A DNA stretch of 62,176 nucleotides, filler included, from Nemertoderma westbladi (lineage: Eukaryota > Animalia > Xenacoelomorpha), in NCBI GenBank assembly GCA_032718475.1. It is 3 parts of 3 records of this genome, joined end to end, with 100 filler letters (N's around TTAATTAATTAA, not from the genome) between each part and the next. Parts side by side here need not be neighbours in the genome. Positions count along the whole stretch, not along the records: positions 47,844 to 62,176 come from JAUCBJ010001877.1; 2 more parts are not named here. The stretch is one strand, 5' to 3'. Under the pieces are notes generated by a model. The model had not been told where the DNA came from and made no database searches. It saw only the letters and a list, made by a program, of their open reading frames with translations. The first letter of the stretch is position 1, and every line of letters starts with the position of its first letter. A program made the translations under genes and the position numbers. Shown here piece by piece: positions 59,322-62,176 of the stretch.

Positions 59322-59868
59322 TGTGACGGGATCCAAGAGGGATCCCGGTTTATCCGGTTTTAGTTCACGCGTCCCCGCCGTGTATAAAGAGTGAAATGAG
59401 TTCTGATGTTGTTTGTCGTATATAATATAATATGTGGATATAGATATAGATATAGTATGAGATAATATTGTCGTATACGGAAGGCGGGATACGGTAACTA
59501 AAGTCCCGGTCCTTCCCTATCTAAAACTATGTAATAACCTAACTAGCACCGGTATTGCACTGAGATAACTGAATTGGTAATATTACTGCCAAGTGGCTAT
59601 ATTGCACGGTGGCCTTGTTACTTTACCTAATCGATGCCTTTCCCCCCTCTGATTGGTTGATACCCTTGTTGGCGCCCTTTGGAGTGTTCCCGTTCACTCC
59701 ACCTATTCTCTCTGGGTTAGGGGTTTGGCCCCTGACCCTCTGTTGTGTGCTTCCTTCCCACTCTTATTGGGATGGCACGAGTTGGTTAATTGCCCAATCT
59801 CGTGGCTCCCAATATTGCTTATCGGCTTATAACTTTATGGGGTGTTAGCGGGATTGAATAAGCTAACA
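59322..59868 (-). mobile_element. Putative 3' LTR (TGT...ACA) with an adjacent polypurine tract
   Basis: Minus strand GGGGGGGAG (59869-59877)|TGTTAGC...CCCGTCACA; perfect 11-bp hairpin ATGCTATCTTC/GAAGATAGCAT just inside the PPT. Confidence 0.6.
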
Positions 59869-60577
59869 CTCCCCCCCATGCTATCTTCCCGGTAAGAAGA
59901 TAGCATCAACCAAAAAGTGCGCTACAATCCCGCTGGATCCCGATCTAGTATCGGGTGTGGGGTGGAATTCTTTTCTCTCGGAGTCGGCTTTCCAGGCCGC
60001 CCCCTATGGGTATGATAACGCTACCCTGTGTGCCTGGCGTCTCATGTCGGGCCGATCGCGCTCACCTCTCACGCAACTTTTGTTTCCCCAACACTTCCGC
60101 CCTATCTCTTCCTCACTCTCACCCTAACTCTCTCACACTCGGACCTCCTCGTCCCTCACTCAGCCTCTTATTCTCCCCCCCCCACACTAGAATTGCGTCC
60201 GCACTCTCTCCGCACTCCGCACTATTATTCCGTCCCTCAACCTCACTTCGACTGTCTCTTCCCTTCTGACGAATCTCCCCCCCCCCTCTCGTGCCGTCGC
60301 ACTCAAGAAGTGTGAAATTGTCTGGTGTCTCGTCCATAGTGCCATAGTCAGTTATCCCCCAGTCCCAGTAGCTAATTGAGAAAGGTTGTATGACTATAGT
60401 ACTTACTCCGAACGTATATATTTCTAGATTACTAATTACTACGTACGTACATACAAATTGCACTTATATGATTATTTGCATTAATTAAATTTGTACTTAA
60501 TAGTTCGTACATCCCACGCGGCGCCTTCCAGGCGTACCACGTCCAAGTCCCAGTCTCTCTCCCTCGACTCTGGGAAC

Positions 60578-62176
60578 CTATCTGTTCCTCCGGGGGTAGT
60601 TCCCCCTGGCGTCCTCTTCCCTGGGTCGTTTCTTGGTTATCACCGTTCCTCTGGCATCATCCGCTTTCTGCTTTCGGACCTTCGCCGCCACTTCCTTGCT
60701 GATCCCGGTCGTTGGCTCCTTGGGCGCTGGTGTTATTAGTGCCCGATATCGCTTCGCCGGTGGCCCCTCAGAATGGCCCGGTTGTCTCCCTCTAGTGGCG
60801 TCCCATAGGATCATTTTCATTGCCTTTGGTACGTGCTCCGCCAAGAAATCCCTAAACTCCCTTCGGTTCTCTGGCGTCCACCTGTCCAGATACCTTTGCG
60901 TGTTCATCACTCCAGCGTACGACGCCGCCGTTGCTACCTCTTGGTAGGTAAACGGTAGCCTCCGCTTTATGATTTCCATGTGAGTCTCCTGATTGATAAG
61001 GAAGAAACCCCACTTGAACTCCTGGGCCTTCATGCGCTGGCGCGTCATGGCCCCGACGTCGGCCCACTCCTCGAATCTTGTGAACTTCTCCTCGTCGTTC
61101 ATCCAGTCGCACTCGCGTCCGTAGTGTCCCCGAAAGTGGCACTTTGGACATCGGTTATGCAACCGTGGACACGCCCCCATCCTGTGGCTTGGTTCTCTGC
61201 AGTAGAGACAAAAGGTTCCCTGTTGGAACCGGTATAGGCAGCTGCTTTCCCGATGGGTCTGTCTCCCACAGTAGTCGCAGCCGAGTACCAATGTCTCCCG
61301 TCCCACCTCGTCTTTCGTCCCAAGCGATCTCCGCGGTCTGTGGAGTCGCTGGTAGGCGAACTTCTCTACGTTGGTCTCTCTATCTACGTCGATCTCTCCG
61401 CCCCTCTCGGGCATCGTCTCCCCGAATACTATCCGTGGTGCCGTCCCCGGTTGCTCGCCCAACCTGATGGTGCTCCCCGCGAAATCCATCGCCGGCTCCT
61501 CGTGCACCCAGGTCCGCTTGCCGGATCTGTTCCAGAAGGCCCTCGCCCCACTGGCCGTCACCACCCTTCCGCCAACCCAGTCCGTGTCCGAGTGGCCTAT
61601 CCTCTCGATGGGCGGCATCTCTCCGAACTCGTCGTCGTCGTCCTCCTCTTCTGGTAGTGTCTCCAATCCCGGTATCCCGATGGATCCACTATGTCCCTTC
61701 CCGCCTTGGCTCTCGCCCGTAGCTCTCCATCCCTCTAGCTCCCTTAACTTCCTTGGCGGTTGGTCGCCCTCGGCGCCCGCTGGTATGGGCATCGTTCGCA
61801 ACCCCGACGTCGACTGTTTCGGCGATCCCACCGTCCATCCCAATTCTCGCCCTAGAGACTCCCCCGAACTCCCTGACGAAGTCCAATGAAGTTCGTCCAG
61901 GCCCGCCTGTTCCTCGAAGCCGTAACTCTGTGTCCTGGCCTCCTCTTCCCTCTCCTCTGCTTCTATCCTCTCCCGTCTAGCGACTTCTTCCAGTCGCTTT
62001 GCTTCTCGTCTATCCGTCTCTAGCTGCTCCCATCTCTGATACGGTGTATCTGTCTCCCCGTCTACCAGATGTCGGCTGTTGTAGTACACCGACTCGCCCT
62101 TCAGCCCCGGGTGGTCTACCAGACCGTCAAAGGCCACTTTAAAGGCTCTCCTGTAGCTTAGCCCGATAACCGATAA
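60578..62176 (-). CDS. Intact GC-rich ORF (>519 aa, open to the window end) with three tandem CCHC zinc knuckles; probably encoded by the LTR element
   Basis: CDYCGRQTHRESSC, CLYCREPSHRMGAC and CPKCHFRGHYGREC (CX2CX4HX4C x3) at ~61108-61279; no stop codon from 62176 down to the terminator at 60578-60580. Confidence 0.8.
   Translation of the reverse strand, partial: LSVIGLSYRRAFKVAFDGLVDHPGLKGESVYYNSRHLVDGETDTPYQRWEQLETDRREAKRLEEVARRERIEAEEREEEARTQSYGFEEQAGLDELHWTSSGSSGESLGRELGWTVGSPKQSTSGLRTMPIPAGAEGDQPPRKLRELEGWRATGESQGGKGHSGSIGIPGLETLPEEEDDDDEFGEMPPIERIGHSDTDWVGGRVVTASGARAFWNRSGKRTWVHEEPAMDFAGSTIRLGEQPGTAPRIVFGETMPERGGEIDVDRETNVEKFAYQRLHRPRRSLGTKDEVGRETLVLGCDYCGRQTHRESSCLYRFQQGTFCLYCREPSHRMGACPRLHNRCPKCHFRGHYGRECDWMNDEEKFTRFEEWADVGAMTRQRMKAQEFKWGFFLINQETHMEIIKRRLPFTYQEVATAASYAGVMNTQRYLDRWTPENRREFRDFLAEHVPKAMKMILWDATRGRQPGHSEGPPAKRYRALITPAPKEPTTGISKEVAAKVRKQKADDARGTVITKKRPREEDARGNYPRRNR

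Overview
AT-rich invertebrate (metazoan) genomic DNA, not prokaryotic. It is made of three contigs joined by artificial 100-bp N44-TTAATTAATTAA-N44 linkers (17149-17248, 47744-47843). Contig 1 has an intronless orphan secreted/GPI-like Cys-rich ORF (3650-4279 +) and an intronless cytosolic sulfotransferase (9091-10107 -), among CR1/L2, RTE and CRE LINE remnants, MITEs and a ~62-bp minisatellite. Contig 2 holds a complete 9-coding-exon GAPVD1/RME-6 gene (17390-44348 +, ~1642 aa, all splice phases consistent). Its introns are packed with non-autonomous TIR elements that carry internal minisatellites. Contig 3 is a TE nest: Bel/Pao gag, a foldback element with a ~2.8-kb 57-62-bp satellite in one arm, a GalEa-like Copia pol remnant, and a 3' LTR preceded by an intact ORF with three CCHC knuckles. 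The most striking item is a ~400-bp element in GAPVD1 intron 5 (32757-33153): perfect ~65-bp inverted ends enclosing a tRNA-derived Pol III promoter fused directly to a minimal hammerhead ribozyme. All coordinates were read by eye; no database searches were run.
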